Shown here piece by piece: positions 19,760 to 30,441 of a stretch of DNA of 64,000 nucleotides. The notes beneath the pieces are model-generated. The model had not been told where the DNA came from and made no database searches. It saw only the letters and a program-made list of their open reading frames with translations. Source of the stretch: an uncultured Trueperaceae bacterium (GTDB taxonomy: Bacteria > Deinococcota > Deinococci > Deinococcales > Trueperaceae); contig CAWCXJ010000007.1 of assembly GCA_963799485.1 (NCBI GenBank), positions 224,001 through 288,000 on the forward strand, read 5' to 3'. Position 1 is the first letter of the stretch. Each line of letters begins with the position of its first letter. The translations under genes and the position numbers were made by a program.

Positions 19760-21255
19760 CAGGACAAGTGGCTCAGGTTAACGATATTCTGAACGCCATT
19801 TCCGTCTTAAGCTGGGACGCCCGGACGCAGATGCCGCCCGGCGGTGCCCAGACTCGAGGCGAACAGTTAGCGACGCTCGCAAGCCTCGCCCAAGAGCGTT
19901 TGACGAGTAGCGCACTTAAAGCGGCGTTGGAAGAGGCCGAAGAAAATCCAGCCGACGACATCACTCAGCAACGCACCGTGCAGAGCGTTCGCGAGGCGGT
20001 AGACCTGTTTGGGCGTATTCCACCGACGCTCACCGCCGACCTCGCCCGCGCGAAAAGTGTGTCGCAAGAGGTCTGGGCCGAAGCGCGTAAAACCTCGAAC
20101 TTCAACTTGTTTGCTCCGTGTCTAACGCAAATGGTCGAACTCAATCAGCGGCTTGCCGAGGCCATCGGCTACCGCGAGCATCCTTACGACGCGCTTTTAC
20201 AACAGTACGAACCGGGCCTCACCGCACGCACGCTCGCCGACCTGTTCGGCTCGCTTAAAGCGGGCATCCTGCCGCTGCTAGCGGCGATTCGCTCACGTGA
20301 CGAACCACGCTGGGATTTTTTGACTTACGATTTTCCCGAAACGCAGCAGCGCTCCTTTAACGTTTACGCCGCCGAACTGTTCGGTTACGACTTTACGCGC
20401 GGACGGCTCGACGTGTCCGCGCACCCCTTTGAAATCTCGTTGACCCGGCAAGACGTCCGCATCACCACGCGTTACGAGCGCCGCTACCTGCCCATGAGCC
20501 TGTTCGGGACGCTGCACGAAGTCGGGCACGCACTCTATGAGCAGGGGGTCGCGCCGGAGCTGACCCGAAGCGCGCTCACCAGCGACTTTGCGGGGCTTTA
20601 CGCCGTGGGCGGCGCAAGTTACGGCACGCACGAATCGCAGTCGCGCTTGTGGGAAAACCTGGTCGGGCGCTCGCTCCCCTTCTGGGAGCGGCACTTTGCC
20701 GAGTTGCAGCGGGTGTTTCCAGAACAACTCGGGGACGTAGACATCACCGCCTTTTACCGCGCCGTCAACCGTGTATCGCCGAGCCTCATCCGGGTCGAGG
20801 CCGACGAAGTGACCTACAACCTGCACATCATGCTGCGGGTCGAGCTCGAGACCGCTCTCCTAGAGGGCACGCTCAACGTGACCGACCTGCCCGAAGCGTG
20901 GAACGCCAAAGTAAACGAGTACCTGGGATTGACGCCACCGGGCGACGCTTTTGGCGTGTTGCAAGATATCCACTGGTCGGCGGGGCTGTTCGGCTCGTTT
21001 CCTACCTACACGGTCGGGAACGTGATGGCGTCGCAATTTTTTACGGCGGCGAAAGCGCAGGTTACAGACCTGGACAACGCTTTGGCGGCAGGTAACTACA
21101 CGCCGCTGCGGGGTTGGCTGACCGAAAACATTTACCGGTTTGGGCGCACCTACACGCCGCACGAACTGCTAGAACGCGCCACCGGTCGGGGACTGGAGGT
21201 TACGCCTTACCTCGCGTACCTGAGCAGCAAATACCGTGAGCTGTATGACCTCTGA
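19738..21255 (+). CDS. M32 carboxypeptidase (Taq-type)
   Basis: HPF, DVRITTR, HEVGH, HESQ, IRVEAD, QDIHW. Confidence 0.95.
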   Translation: MRAYKDLTGQVAQVNDILNAISVLSWDARTQMPPGGAQTRGEQLATLASLAQERLTSSALKAALEEAEENPADDITQQRTVQSVREAVDLFGRIPPTLTADLARAKSVSQEVWAEARKTSNFNLFAPCLTQMVELNQRLAEAIGYREHPYDALLQQYEPGLTARTLADLFGSLKAGILPLLAAIRSRDEPRWDFLTYDFPETQQRSFNVYAAELFGYDFTRGRLDVSAHPFEISLTRQDVRITTRYERRYLPMSLFGTLHEVGHALYEQGVAPELTRSALTSDFAGLYAVGGASYGTHESQSRLWENLVGRSLPFWERHFAELQRVFPEQLGDVDITAFYRAVNRVSPSLIRVEADEVTYNLHIMLRVELETALLEGTLNVTDLPEAWNAKVNEYLGLTPPGDAFGVLQDIHWSAGLFGSFPTYTVGNVMASQFFTAAKAQVTDLDNALAAGNYTPLRGWLTENIYRFGRTYTPHELLERATGRGLEVTPYLAYLSSKYRELYDL

Positions 21256-21797
21256 GTTGGCAACCTTAAAAGCTGCTCGGTCAGGACAGTCTAACATGCG
21301 ACTTAAGCGACGCCGACGACGCGGTGATGGTGTTCCCGATGACGTTCTCTTGGCGTAGCATCCCGACTCCGTTTTACGGCCCCGCCCACACCGTCCACGC
21401 CCCACAAGGCGATTTAGACGCGGTTTATGAGGGGCTTGACACCGTAAAACCCGGTTGGGTGCTCGTCGTTGAGGCCGGTGGCGTTGACCGGGCCGTGTGG
21501 GGTGAAACCACCGCGCGGGCGGCGCTCGGCCGGGGCGTCGTCGGGGTCGTCATCGACGGCGCTTGTCGGGATGTTCCGGCGGTGAAAGCGTCGGGGTTGC
21601 CGGTCGTGGCGCGGGGCGTCCTCAAACGGGCGCTGCGGACGGGGCGGGGGGCGATGGGGCGGCGGCTCGAGTTTTACGGCGTTACGGTCTGCCCCGGCGA
21701 CCTGATTGTCAGCGATGAAAACGGCACGGTCGCCTTGCTGCAAGCACATATAGACGTTGTAGTTGACAAAATTGCAAAAGCATCCAAGGAGCGTTGA
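21245..21797 (+). pseudogene. RraA/HMG aldolase family protein with apparent 5' frameshift
   Basis: ATG 21245 is out of frame with TCDLSDA...AVWGE...GVVIDGACRD...PGDLIVSDENG. Confidence 0.7.
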
Positions 21798-21798
21798 T

Positions 21799-22532
21799 AT
21801 GGATTTAACGGGTAAAGTTGCGGTGATTACCGGCGCGTCGTCAGGGATCGGTGAGGCGACGGCCTTGGCTTTAGCGCCAGCGGGCGTAAAACTTGTGCTT
21901 GTAGCGCGGCGTGAAGCGAGGCTCTCGCTCAAAAGATTAGAGAAACGGACGCTGAGGCCGTTGTCTTCGCCGCCGACCTAAGGGGCGCGGACGAGGCCGA
22001 AGCGTGTATTGAAAAAGCGCGCGAGGCATTTGGCCGGATCGACATTCTGGTCAACAATGCCGGAGCTATGCTTCTGTCCCCCATCGAGCGCGCTGCGCCG
22101 CGTGACTGGCAGCGCATGATCGAGATCAACCTGCTCAGTTTGATGTACACCTCGCGGGCGGCGCTCATCAAGATGCGCGCGCAAGGTTCGGGGCATATCG
22201 TCAACATCTCGTCGGTGGCGGGGCGGAGCGCCGGGCCGACGGCGGGCGGCTACAACGCCAGTAAGTAGGGCGTCAACGGCTTTAGTGAAGCCCTCCGCCG
22301 CGAAGCGCACGGGGACGGCGTCCGAGTGACCGTGATTGAACCGGGGGTCGTCGCCACCGAGCTGACCGACCATATTCCTGACGAGGAGACGCGGACGAAT
22401 TACGAGGCGCGGGTGGGCGAGATAGAACCGCTCACGCGTGAAGACGTCGCTGCGGCTATCTTCTACGCCGTAACGCAGCCGCGCCGGGTCAATGTCAACG
22501 AGATTTTGATCCGACCGCTCGACCAGGCTTGA
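21799..22532 (+). pseudogene. SDR oxidoreductase pseudogene (frameshift ~21925, TAG at 22266-22268)
   Basis: TGASSGIG / NNAG / YNASK*GVNG / VTVIEPG. Confidence 0.85.
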
Positions 22533-22638
22533 CCATCTGCACCGTCTACCTAAAGCAGAAGCTCGAGTGGTAGAAGTTGGCAGTTTTGACTACCAACCTG
22601 ACGCTCACTCCACAAAGGCGGGTGAATAGATTGTAGAG

Positions 22639-22667
22639 TTGACGAAATAAAATTCACGTATTACGAT
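22639..22667 (+). promoter_or_regulatory. Sigma70-type promoter of the IclR operon
   Basis: TTGACG-17-TACGAT in AT-rich context. Confidence 0.6.
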
Positions 22668-22683
22668 ATAAAACAGTATTGCT

Positions 22684-23511
22684 GTGCAAAACATTATCGC
22701 TATGCAAAACGTTGCCCGAGACCTCCCCACCGATACGGCTGACAACCGCTACGTTATCGCGTCGGCGTACCGTACCCTCGAGATTTTACGGGCGTTCAGC
22801 ACGCCGCCCCACCGCTTTTCACTGGCAGAGCTTACAGGTGTGCTGGCGCTGGATAAAGGCCAAACCTACCGCTCGCTAAAAACGCTCGAGGAGGCTGGCT
22901 TTTTACGCTACAACGACGATGGTCGCTTTTCGCTTACGCCACTTCTCAATGTTCTAAGCGTCGCCGCGATTGGCGCTCAGAGCGCGTCCCTTGCTGAGCT
23001 GGCCGCGCCTTACCTCAACCATTTGGCAAGCGAAACGGGCGAATCCGTTCACCTTTTTGCGCTAGTAGACGACCAGGCCGTATGCGTCGGTATCCGCGAG
23101 AGCAAGCACCCGGTGCGGCTGAGCGCCGCGCTAGGGGCAACTGCGCCGCTGCACGCGGGCGCCTCACCCAAGGCGATGCTCGCCTTTTTGCCCGCCGCTG
23201 AGCAGGAACGCGTCTTGTCCGAGCTTCCCAACTATCCTAAATACACCGAGCAAACACTGCTAGACGCTGACACGCTGCGTAAGGCGTTAGAAAAAATCTG
23301 CACCCAGGGTTACGCCGTCAGCGATGAAGACGTGGACGCCGGGGCGAGGGGCGTCGGCGCACCCATTTTCGACCTGACAGGCTCAGTTGTCGGGGCAATC
23401 AGTGTTGGGGGGCCGGCGTACCGCGTTGACGACACGACCCTCTACACGTTCAGCGGACTCATTGTCCAGAGTGCCCAAGCGATCTCGCGACAGCTTGGGT
23501 ACGCCGGGTGA
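22684..23511 (+). CDS. IclR-family transcriptional regulator
   Basis: N-terminal HTH, TGESVHL, PLHAGASPKAMLA, GVGAPIF. Confidence 0.92.
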   Translation: MQNIIAMQNVARDLPTDTADNRYVIASAYRTLEILRAFSTPPHRFSLAELTGVLALDKGQTYRSLKTLEEAGFLRYNDDGRFSLTPLLNVLSVAAIGAQSASLAELAAPYLNHLASETGESVHLFALVDDQAVCVGIRESKHPVRLSAALGATAPLHAGASPKAMLAFLPAAEQERVLSELPNYPKYTEQTLLDADTLRKALEKICTQGYAVSDEDVDAGARGVGAPIFDLTGSVVGAISVGGPAYRVDDTTLYTFSGLIVQSAQAISRQLGYAG

Positions 23512-23528
23512 GAGAAAAGGAGAGCATT

Positions 23529-25121
23529 ATGACAGGAAAGCTACGCAGTTTCGGTCTAGTCGTTCTTGTTGGTTTGTTTGGCGCGGTGCAGATTGCAGGG
23601 GCGCAAGAGGATTACGACCCTAACGCGACGCTGACTTTGGCCACCAACGCCGACCCGACTATCAACCCGTGGACACCCGGCGCAGTCGTCGAGTCTAACC
23701 TGATCAACACGCTCGTCTTTGACCAGCTCGTGCGCTACAGCAAAGAGGATTTAGCCCCTTCGCCTGGTCTGGCGAGTAGCTGGGAAGCCGCGCCCGACGG
23801 ACTTTCGTGGACGTTTACGCTGCGCAAGGGCGTAACCTGGCAAGACGGCGAGCCTTTTACGGCGGATGATGTCGCGTTTACCTTTAACGACGTAGTGCTT
23901 AAAGACGACCTCGCAGCCAACAACGCCAGCAGCTTCGGCCCGGTCGAACGTGTCGAGGTCGTCGATAAGGCGACGGTGCGCTTTGTCCTGAACGAGCCGT
24001 TCTCGGCGCTGCCTTACTACCTCGCGTATTACGCAGGCATCTTGCCGGAACACCTCTTGGGTGAGGCGGAAAATCCTCTATCGGTGGCATCTTTTAATAA
24101 ACAAACGCCAATAGGAACCGGAGCCTTCCAGGTTGCCGAGTTTGTACCGGGGTCGTATGTACGGCTCGAGCGCAACCCCTCGTACTGGGGCGGCGAGCCG
24201 AAAGTCGGCAGTATCGTTTTTAGCATCGTGCCCGACCCCAACACGCAGCTCGCGCAGGTTTTAGGCGGTGAGCTCGATATGGTGAGCGTCGGCAACCCGG
24301 CGCTGCTCGCAGGCGTCGAAAACAGTCCGAACCTGGAGATCATCCGCCAGAGCCAGAATGTCTATTACTTCGTCGCGCTCAACCAAACCGACCCGCGTTT
24401 TCAAGACGCTAGGGTACGTCAAGCGCTTCTATACGCTATCAACCGTCCGGCCATTATCGATTCGGTGCTTAAAGGTTACGGTCAGATTGCGACCGGGCCG
24501 ATTGCCCCGCTCCAGGGGACGCTTTACGACAGTGAGGTACCGGATTATCCGTTCGACCCGGCAAAGGCCAAAGAACTTCTCGCTGAAGCCGGCTGGACGC
24601 CCGGCCCGGATGGAGTTTTAGCGAAAGACGGTGAACCGCTCAAGATTTCGATGCCGACAGGTCAGTTCGGCTATTTGGTACCCGCGACGCTGCTCGTACA
24701 GCAGTACTGGAAAGACATCGGCGTGCAGGTAGACGTGCAGGTACTCGAGTGGAACGCCTACATTCAGCAGATGTTCGTCAACCGGCAGTATGAGGCGACA
24801 TTGGCATGGTGGAGTACCCCGCCGACCCCGGACGTGACGCCTTACTACGCCTCCACAGCTGCTGAAACAGGGCAAAACATTCCGGGCTACAAAGACCCCA
24901 AGTTAGACAAAATCTTGGCAGCAGGCCGTAAAGCGACAAGTGAGGCCGCACAGGTCAAGACTTACGGCGAGATGCAGGAATATCTGGCCGAACAGTTGCC
25001 TTACCTCTACCTCTGGTATCCCGACATCATCTCGGTTCGGAACGTAAAAATCGGGGGAATGCCCGACCTCAACAGTGCCGTTGCCTTTCAGTACGCCTCC
25101 GAGTGGTACGTTTCACGCTGA
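23529..25121 (+). CDS. Peptide ABC substrate-binding protein (family 5)
   Basis: Signal peptide, PGLASSW, WQDGEPFTADDVAFT, PIGTGAF. Confidence 0.92.
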   Translation: MTGKLRSFGLVVLVGLFGAVQIAGAQEDYDPNATLTLATNADPTINPWTPGAVVESNLINTLVFDQLVRYSKEDLAPSPGLASSWEAAPDGLSWTFTLRKGVTWQDGEPFTADDVAFTFNDVVLKDDLAANNASSFGPVERVEVVDKATVRFVLNEPFSALPYYLAYYAGILPEHLLGEAENPLSVASFNKQTPIGTGAFQVAEFVPGSYVRLERNPSYWGGEPKVGSIVFSIVPDPNTQLAQVLGGELDMVSVGNPALLAGVENSPNLEIIRQSQNVYYFVALNQTDPRFQDARVRQALLYAINRPAIIDSVLKGYGQIATGPIAPLQGTLYDSEVPDYPFDPAKAKELLAEAGWTPGPDGVLAKDGEPLKISMPTGQFGYLVPATLLVQQYWKDIGVQVDVQVLEWNAYIQQMFVNRQYEATLAWWSTPPTPDVTPYYASTAAETGQNIPGYKDPKLDKILAAGRKATSEAAQVKTYGEMQEYLAEQLPYLYLWYPDIISVRNVKIGGMPDLNSAVAFQYASEWYVSR

Positions 25122-25144
25122 AGCACTAGAACGGGAGGACGAGG

Positions 25145-26092
25145 ATGGGGACATTTGTGCTTCGCCGAGCGCTACAAGGTGTGTTGGTTTTGCTGCTAGC
25201 TTCGGCGTTTACCTTTTTCCTTGTCAACCTCGCACCGGGCGGGCCTTCGGCGGCGGTAAGTTTGGAGCGCACCGCCGCCGAACGTGAGGCGCTCTACCGC
25301 CAATACGGGCTCGACAAACCTGTTGCCGTGCGCTACCTCATCTGGTTGGGCGGTATTGCTCGCGGCGACCTCGGCACGTCGCTCAACCAGGGATTACCTG
25401 TCGGCGGTCTATTGTTCCAACGTCTGGGCAACACCTTGCAACTCGCGCTAAGCGCCCTTTTCCTGACGGCACTTCTCGGCGTCGCGCTCGGCGTTCTAGC
25501 CGCCGTCACACAAAACCGCTTGCCCGACCACCTCATCAGCAGCGTCGCGACGCTCGGGATGTCGGTGCCGGGGTTTTGGCTGGGAATTGTCGGGATCATC
25601 TTGTTTTCAGTGAAGCTCGACTGGTTGCCTTCGTCGGGTATCGCAAGTGTCGGCGTGCCGTTTTCACTGCTCGACCGAGTGCAGCATTTGGTTTTGCCTG
25701 CGGGCGTCTTGGCGTTTACGCTCCTACCCAACGTTATCCGGGTCGCTCGCTCGGCGATGCTCGAGGTCTTACGTTCCGATTATGTCCGCACCGCCAAAGC
25801 CAAAGGTCTGCCGGAGCGGTCGGTGCTTCTCAAACACACCTTCAAAAACGCGTTAGTCCCCGTGATTGCGATCCTCGGACTTATTACCACCGTGCTCTTT
25901 TCGGGTTCGGTCGTGATTGAAAGCGTATTCAGCTGGCCGGGACTCGGGCGGCTCGCCATTGAGGCGGCAAATGGACGTGACTACCCGGTCATTTTAGGTG
26001 TGACGCTCGTCGCTGGCACGATTGTCATCGTTATCAATCTGCTTGTCGATATTCTCTACGCCGCCGTCGATCCCAGGATCAGCTATGACTAG
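25145..26092 (+). CDS. Peptide ABC permease
   Basis: DYVRTAKAKGL EAA loop, ESVFSWPGLG. Confidence 0.92.
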   Translation: MGTFVLRRALQGVLVLLLASAFTFFLVNLAPGGPSAAVSLERTAAEREALYRQYGLDKPVAVRYLIWLGGIARGDLGTSLNQGLPVGGLLFQRLGNTLQLALSALFLTALLGVALGVLAAVTQNRLPDHLISSVATLGMSVPGFWLGIVGIILFSVKLDWLPSSGIASVGVPFSLLDRVQHLVLPAGVLAFTLLPNVIRVARSAMLEVLRSDYVRTAKAKGLPERSVLLKHTFKNALVPVIAILGLITTVLFSGSVVIESVFSWPGLGRLAIEAANGRDYPVILGVTLVAGTIVIVINLLVDILYAAVDPRISYD

Positions 26093-26942
26093 CGCTGTTG
26101 CTGCGCCGCGCACGCAACGCTCCCGGGTCTTGCGTAACTTGCGCCGCCATCCGGTCGGGCTCACGGCCTTTGTGATTCTCGTTTTGCTCTATCTGGCTGT
26201 CATCATCGGGCCGATTGTGTATCCCCTGTCGCCGGAAGCGACCGACGCGCTCAACGTCCTCGCTCCGCCGAGTGCCGCGCACCCGCTGGGAACTGACGAG
26301 TTGGGGCGAGACATCGTCTCGAGGCTCCTACACGGCGGGCGCATCTCGCTCAGTGTAGGGCTGCTGTCCATGCTCGTCGGGCTGACGTTGGGGCTCATCG
26401 TCGGCGGTACTGCGGGCTACTTCAGAGGCCGCGTCGAAGGGGTGCTCATGCGCCTTGTAGACATGTTCATGGCCATTCCCAGCTTTTTTCTGCTACTGGT
26501 AATCGTCACCGTTTTCGGCAGCCATCCGCTGACGATCATCATCACCGTAGGCCTGGGGTTCTGGGCACAGATGGCGCGGGTCGTTTACGCCGAGTTTACC
26601 AGCTACCGGGGGCGCGATTTTATCGAAGCGATGCACTCGTTGGGCGCGTCGCATCTGCGCATCATGGTGCGTCATATCTTGCCTCAGGTTGCGCCGCAGG
26701 CCATCGTCTTGGCAACGTTAGGAGTAGGTTGGGCCATTCTGAGTGAAGCTGCCCTCAGCTATATCGGTTTGGGGATTCAACCACCTTTGGCGTCTTGGGG
26801 GAACATGCTGCAAAACGCGCAAGCTTACCTCTACATCAATCCGCTGCTGGCGGTTTATCCGGGGCTCTGCATCGCCGGTGCGGTTTTGGTCTTCAACTTG
26901 ACCGGTAACGCGCTCCGGGACATCTTGGATCCCAGAGCGTGA
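26085..26942 (+). CDS. Peptide ABC permease
   Basis: HPLGTDELGRD, HILP, PPLASWG. Confidence 0.92.
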   Translation: MTSAVAAPRTQRSRVLRNLRRHPVGLTAFVILVLLYLAVIIGPIVYPLSPEATDALNVLAPPSAAHPLGTDELGRDIVSRLLHGGRISLSVGLLSMLVGLTLGLIVGGTAGYFRGRVEGVLMRLVDMFMAIPSFFLLLVIVTVFGSHPLTIIITVGLGFWAQMARVVYAEFTSYRGRDFIEAMHSLGASHLRIMVRHILPQVAPQAIVLATLGVGWAILSEAALSYIGLGIQPPLASWGNMLQNAQAYLYINPLLAVYPGLCIAGAVLVFNLTGNALRDILDPRA

Positions 26943-27051
26943 TCGAGATGTCTTTTACGCTCCTCTCGAGCCGCCGCATTCTCGCACGCGCACCCCGCCA
27001 CCGCCCTTTGTTGCACCTTAATCCCGTTCCGCTTTTACCAGGAGACTCTTA

Positions 27052-28254
27052 ATGCAAAACAAACGTTACAGCGGCTATAAATCGTTCGATTACCTCGAGC
27101 CCGGCACAGACTATAAAGCGTTTAAGCTGGCTAAAGAACTGAACCGGGTGCCGAGCATGAAAGTGCCCACGACCACTGAGCAAGAGGCGCGGGTCAAAAG
27201 CCTGTTTGAAAACACGCTGATGGTTTCCCTACATGATCACTGCTTCGTCGCACCGGACAACCTAAACGAGTTCTTCGAGTTTCGTCGTTGGGGGCGCGAT
27301 ACGACGAGCTACGAAGGTTTGAGCGTCAGTGGCCTCGACGCCGTGTTCGACAACCTGATGAACGGTACCGCCATGATCACCTCGAGGGGTGGCTGGAAGT
27401 GGGACGACATCATCTTTGATCTCGGCATTCGGCTCTCGGACATTGCGCATCAAGAGCTGGTCGTTTTGGCGACGACAACAGAAGATATTATCCGCGCCAA
27501 ACAAAACGGACAGGTTGCTTTTGTGGTGTCCTTAGAGGGCGCAGCGATGATCGAAAACGAACTCGACCGCATCGACATCCTTTACGGTTTGGGGGTTCGC
27601 TGTTTGGGTATCGCCTACAGTGAAGCCAACGCACTCGGCAGCGGCTTAAAAGAGCCGCACGACGGCGGGCTGACGACCTTTGGCCGTCAAGCCGTAAAAC
27701 GCATGAACAAGCTGGGGATGGCCATCGACGTGTCGCACTCGGGCGACCGGACTTCGGTGGACACCATCGAGGCGAGCGATAAACCCATTTTTATCACCCA
27801 CGCGGGCGCAAGGGCGTTGTGGAATTCAAATCGCCTCAAACCCGACGAGGTGATCCGCGCCTGCGCCGACAAGGGTGGCGTCATCGGCATCGAGGCCGCA
27901 CCCCACACGACGATTACCAAGAACAACCCGCGTCACTCGATCGAATCGTTTATGGAGCACTTCGAGTATTGCGCCGAACTCGTCGGCATCGACCACGTAG
28001 CATTCGGGCCGGACGCCTTATTCGGCGATCACGTCGGGCTGCACCATACGCTTGCCGACGCGCTGTCGATCGGGGCGTCGCGTGGCACGCTGCCTTATCC
28101 CGAAGTCGAATGGGTAGACGGCCTCGAAAGCCCCGCGGAAGCGTTTCCCAACATCGTCCGCTGGCTCGTGACGCACGGTTACAGCGACGAAGATATCGCC
28201 AAGGCAGTCGGTGGCAACGTCATGCGGGTACTTAAAGCGGCGTGGGTTCGGTGA
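27052..28254 (+). CDS. M19 membrane dipeptidase family
   Basis: SLHDH, SLEG, IDVSH, ITH, RLKPDE, HVAFGPD. Confidence 0.9.
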   Translation: MQNKRYSGYKSFDYLEPGTDYKAFKLAKELNRVPSMKVPTTTEQEARVKSLFENTLMVSLHDHCFVAPDNLNEFFEFRRWGRDTTSYEGLSVSGLDAVFDNLMNGTAMITSRGGWKWDDIIFDLGIRLSDIAHQELVVLATTTEDIIRAKQNGQVAFVVSLEGAAMIENELDRIDILYGLGVRCLGIAYSEANALGSGLKEPHDGGLTTFGRQAVKRMNKLGMAIDVSHSGDRTSVDTIEASDKPIFITHAGARALWNSNRLKPDEVIRACADKGGVIGIEAAPHTTITKNNPRHSIESFMEHFEYCAELVGIDHVAFGPDALFGDHVGLHHTLADALSIGASRGTLPYPEVEWVDGLESPAEAFPNIVRWLVTHGYSDEDIAKAVGGNVMRVLKAAWVR

Positions 28255-29087
28255 GCCGAACCGTTCACGTCAACGGCGTTTCGCTGACCTACGATGAGGC
28301 GGGGCGCGGCGTCGCCTTTGTCACGCTCCACGGCGGGCCAGGGATGGGGAACCGCAAGGGAGACTGGAACACGTTCCAGCCGCTGACTGACACGTATAGG
28401 CTTGTCAGCTACGACCAGCGGGGCAACGGTGAGTCCGATGGGGGAGAACCTTATTCGCACGCACAGTTCGTCGCCGACCTCGAGGCCCTGCGCCAAGCGC
28501 TAGACCTGGGCAAAATGATTTTACTGGGCGGCTCTTACGGGGGCTATATCGCGCTCGAGTACGCCCTCCGGCATCAAGACAACCTGCACGCCCTCATCCT
28601 GCGTGATACCGCTGCCAACAACCACTACCAGGACACGAGTATGCAGCGTGCCCTCGAGAGTGAATTTCCAATGGACAAGGTGCGGCTCGCGCGCCTCTTT
28701 GCCGGTCACGTCGAGAGCAACGCGGAGTTTTTGGAGAGCTACAAGATGATTCAACCGCTTTACAACGTTACGCATGACCCTGCTAAGGACGCCGAACGGC
28801 TCGCCCAGATTCCTTTTAGATATAAAACGCACAACTACGCCTTCAGCCGCAACCAGGCCGACTTCGACATTACCGAAGCGTTACGCGAGGTTCAGACGCC
28901 GACGCTGGTCACGGTCGGACGCTTTGATTGGATTACGCCGTTAGAAGCGAGCGAAGAGTTAGCCGAAGTGTTGCCGAACAGTGAACTCGTTGTGTTTGAA
29001 AACAGTGGGCATTCACCGCAGCTCGAGGAGCGTGAGCGCTATCTAAGCGTGGTGCGAGACTTTTTAGCGCAGCATATCAGAGCATGA
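28251..29087 (+). CDS. Alpha/beta hydrolase (proline iminopeptidase-like)
   Basis: HGGPG, DQRGNG, GGSYGG nucleophile elbow, SGH. Confidence 0.88.
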   Translation: MSRTVHVNGVSLTYDEAGRGVAFVTLHGGPGMGNRKGDWNTFQPLTDTYRLVSYDQRGNGESDGGEPYSHAQFVADLEALRQALDLGKMILLGGSYGGYIALEYALRHQDNLHALILRDTAANNHYQDTSMQRALESEFPMDKVRLARLFAGHVESNAEFLESYKMIQPLYNVTHDPAKDAERLAQIPFRYKTHNYAFSRNQADFDITEALREVQTPTLVTVGRFDWITPLEASEELAEVLPNSELVVFENSGHSPQLEERERYLSVVRDFLAQHIRA

Positions 29088-29380
29088 TTGCGCCGATTTC
29101 AGCCGAAGAGCGTGCGGAACGGGCACGTACTGCCTTTGACTATGTAAACGCTGAGATTGCCGCGCTCGTACTCTTCGACGACCAGTTCATCTAGTACTAC
29201 ACCGATTTCGTTTTTCACCCGACCGAACGCCCGGTCGCGCTTATCATCTCGCGCGCAGGAGAACGGACGCTGTTCGTGCCTGAGCTCGAGCGCGAGCACG
29301 CGGCGCAAGCCGGACAGCTCGAGCACGTCGTGACCTATCCGGAATATCCCGGCACAGAGCATCCGCTTACGATTTTATTT
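29084..29380 (+). pseudogene. Truncated Xaa-Pro (M24) peptidase N-terminus with TAG at 29192-29194
   Basis: Manual translation MIAPISAEERAER...FI*YYTDFVFHPTERP...LFVPELEREHA...YPEYPG.EHP, then similarity ends shortly before the IS. Confidence 0.75.
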
Positions 29381-29435
29381 CATCGTGTGACCACATTATC
29401 CTGATTATTTCGATCATCCGTCTGCTGAGAGGTTT

Positions 29436-30440
29436 TAAGTACCTCCCAGCCAAGAGCTAGATATTGACAACGTTCAGAGCTTTGAGCCCGAGCACAAGGG
29501 CGGCTTTAAGTTGGGTGAGGGTGTCGTAGCCGGGGCATAAGGAAGCCTTTAAGCTTGCGCCAGACGCTTTCGACCGGGTTGAGTTGGGGACAGTAAGCGG
29601 GCAAGTAGCGCAGGTACAGACCTTCTGCCCACCTTTCCCGTTGCTCGTTGAGGAGCTTGCCCTTATGAAAGGGCGCGTTACCGAGTACGACGACCGTAAG
29701 CCGGATTAGGTCGCAGCTTTGGGCGAGCGTGTCGAGGTAGCTGATGACTTGAGCCTGCGTACACGACCCGGTAGGTTCACGACCCGGTAAGTTCACGAAC
29801 TTCGAGCTGCGCGCTGGCTCCAAACAAAGACAGGGTACCGATCACGTTCGGGCGGCCTTGCGAACGCCACCGGGTCGGTACTTTGAACTGCTTACCTGAA
29901 CCCCGCTGGAACCAGGTGTAACACAAACTCAGCATCAAGGAAAAGCCGCTTTGGTCGAGGTACAAGGTCAAGCGCTGCGCTAGCACCCCCTTTTTAACGT
30001 CTCTAACGACGTTTGCTGTTCAGCGACGACTTCCGGGTCGGCTCGTTTACCCGGAGCATAGCGCGCGCGTTTTCAGCGGTAGCCAAGCTTCAGCAACTCG
30101 ACCCGGACGGCTTCACGCTTGCGACTTACGCCGAACTCTTTCTCAACAGCTTCCCTAGCAAACTGCTGTTCCAAACGCGGTCCCGTCTGCCAAGCCTTCT
30201 ACTCCTCGCAGCTCGAAGCGAGTCAGGTCGTTGTGGACACTTTGTGCGTTGCTCCCAAAGTGCTTGGCCCGTTTCGGCACACTCCAACCCGCACTATTCA
30301 AGCGGATGATGCTCGCCCTTAAGCGAATCTTGGCGTTGACCACCAAACTCACCTCCAACTCTCGTAGTGACTCGTCTTGCGCTGCTATAAGATGTCGGGC
30401 AGGTGTCGTCATGCTCTGAAGTACATGCGGGATGTACTTA
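29436..30440 (-). mobile_element. IS630-family element, transposase decayed
   Basis: Terminal IRs TAAGTACCTCCC (29436) and GGGATGTACTTA (30429-30440) with TA ends; HTH ORF from 30412; AAAAAGGGGG slip site; LDQSGF, GNAPFH, LPAYCPQLNPVESVW; internal 16-bp duplication ~29762-29797. Confidence 0.88.
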
Positions 30441-30441
30441 G

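Noticed and set aside
18884..29194. Amber recoding (pyrrolysine or alternative genetic code)
   Set aside because: TAG terminates many intact genes here (e.g. purA, rhodopsin), and the affected region also has frameshifts and truncation; decay is the simpler explanation.
29762..29797. 16-bp tandem repeat as a functional array
   Set aside because: It lies within the IS630 transposase and simply causes a frameshift.
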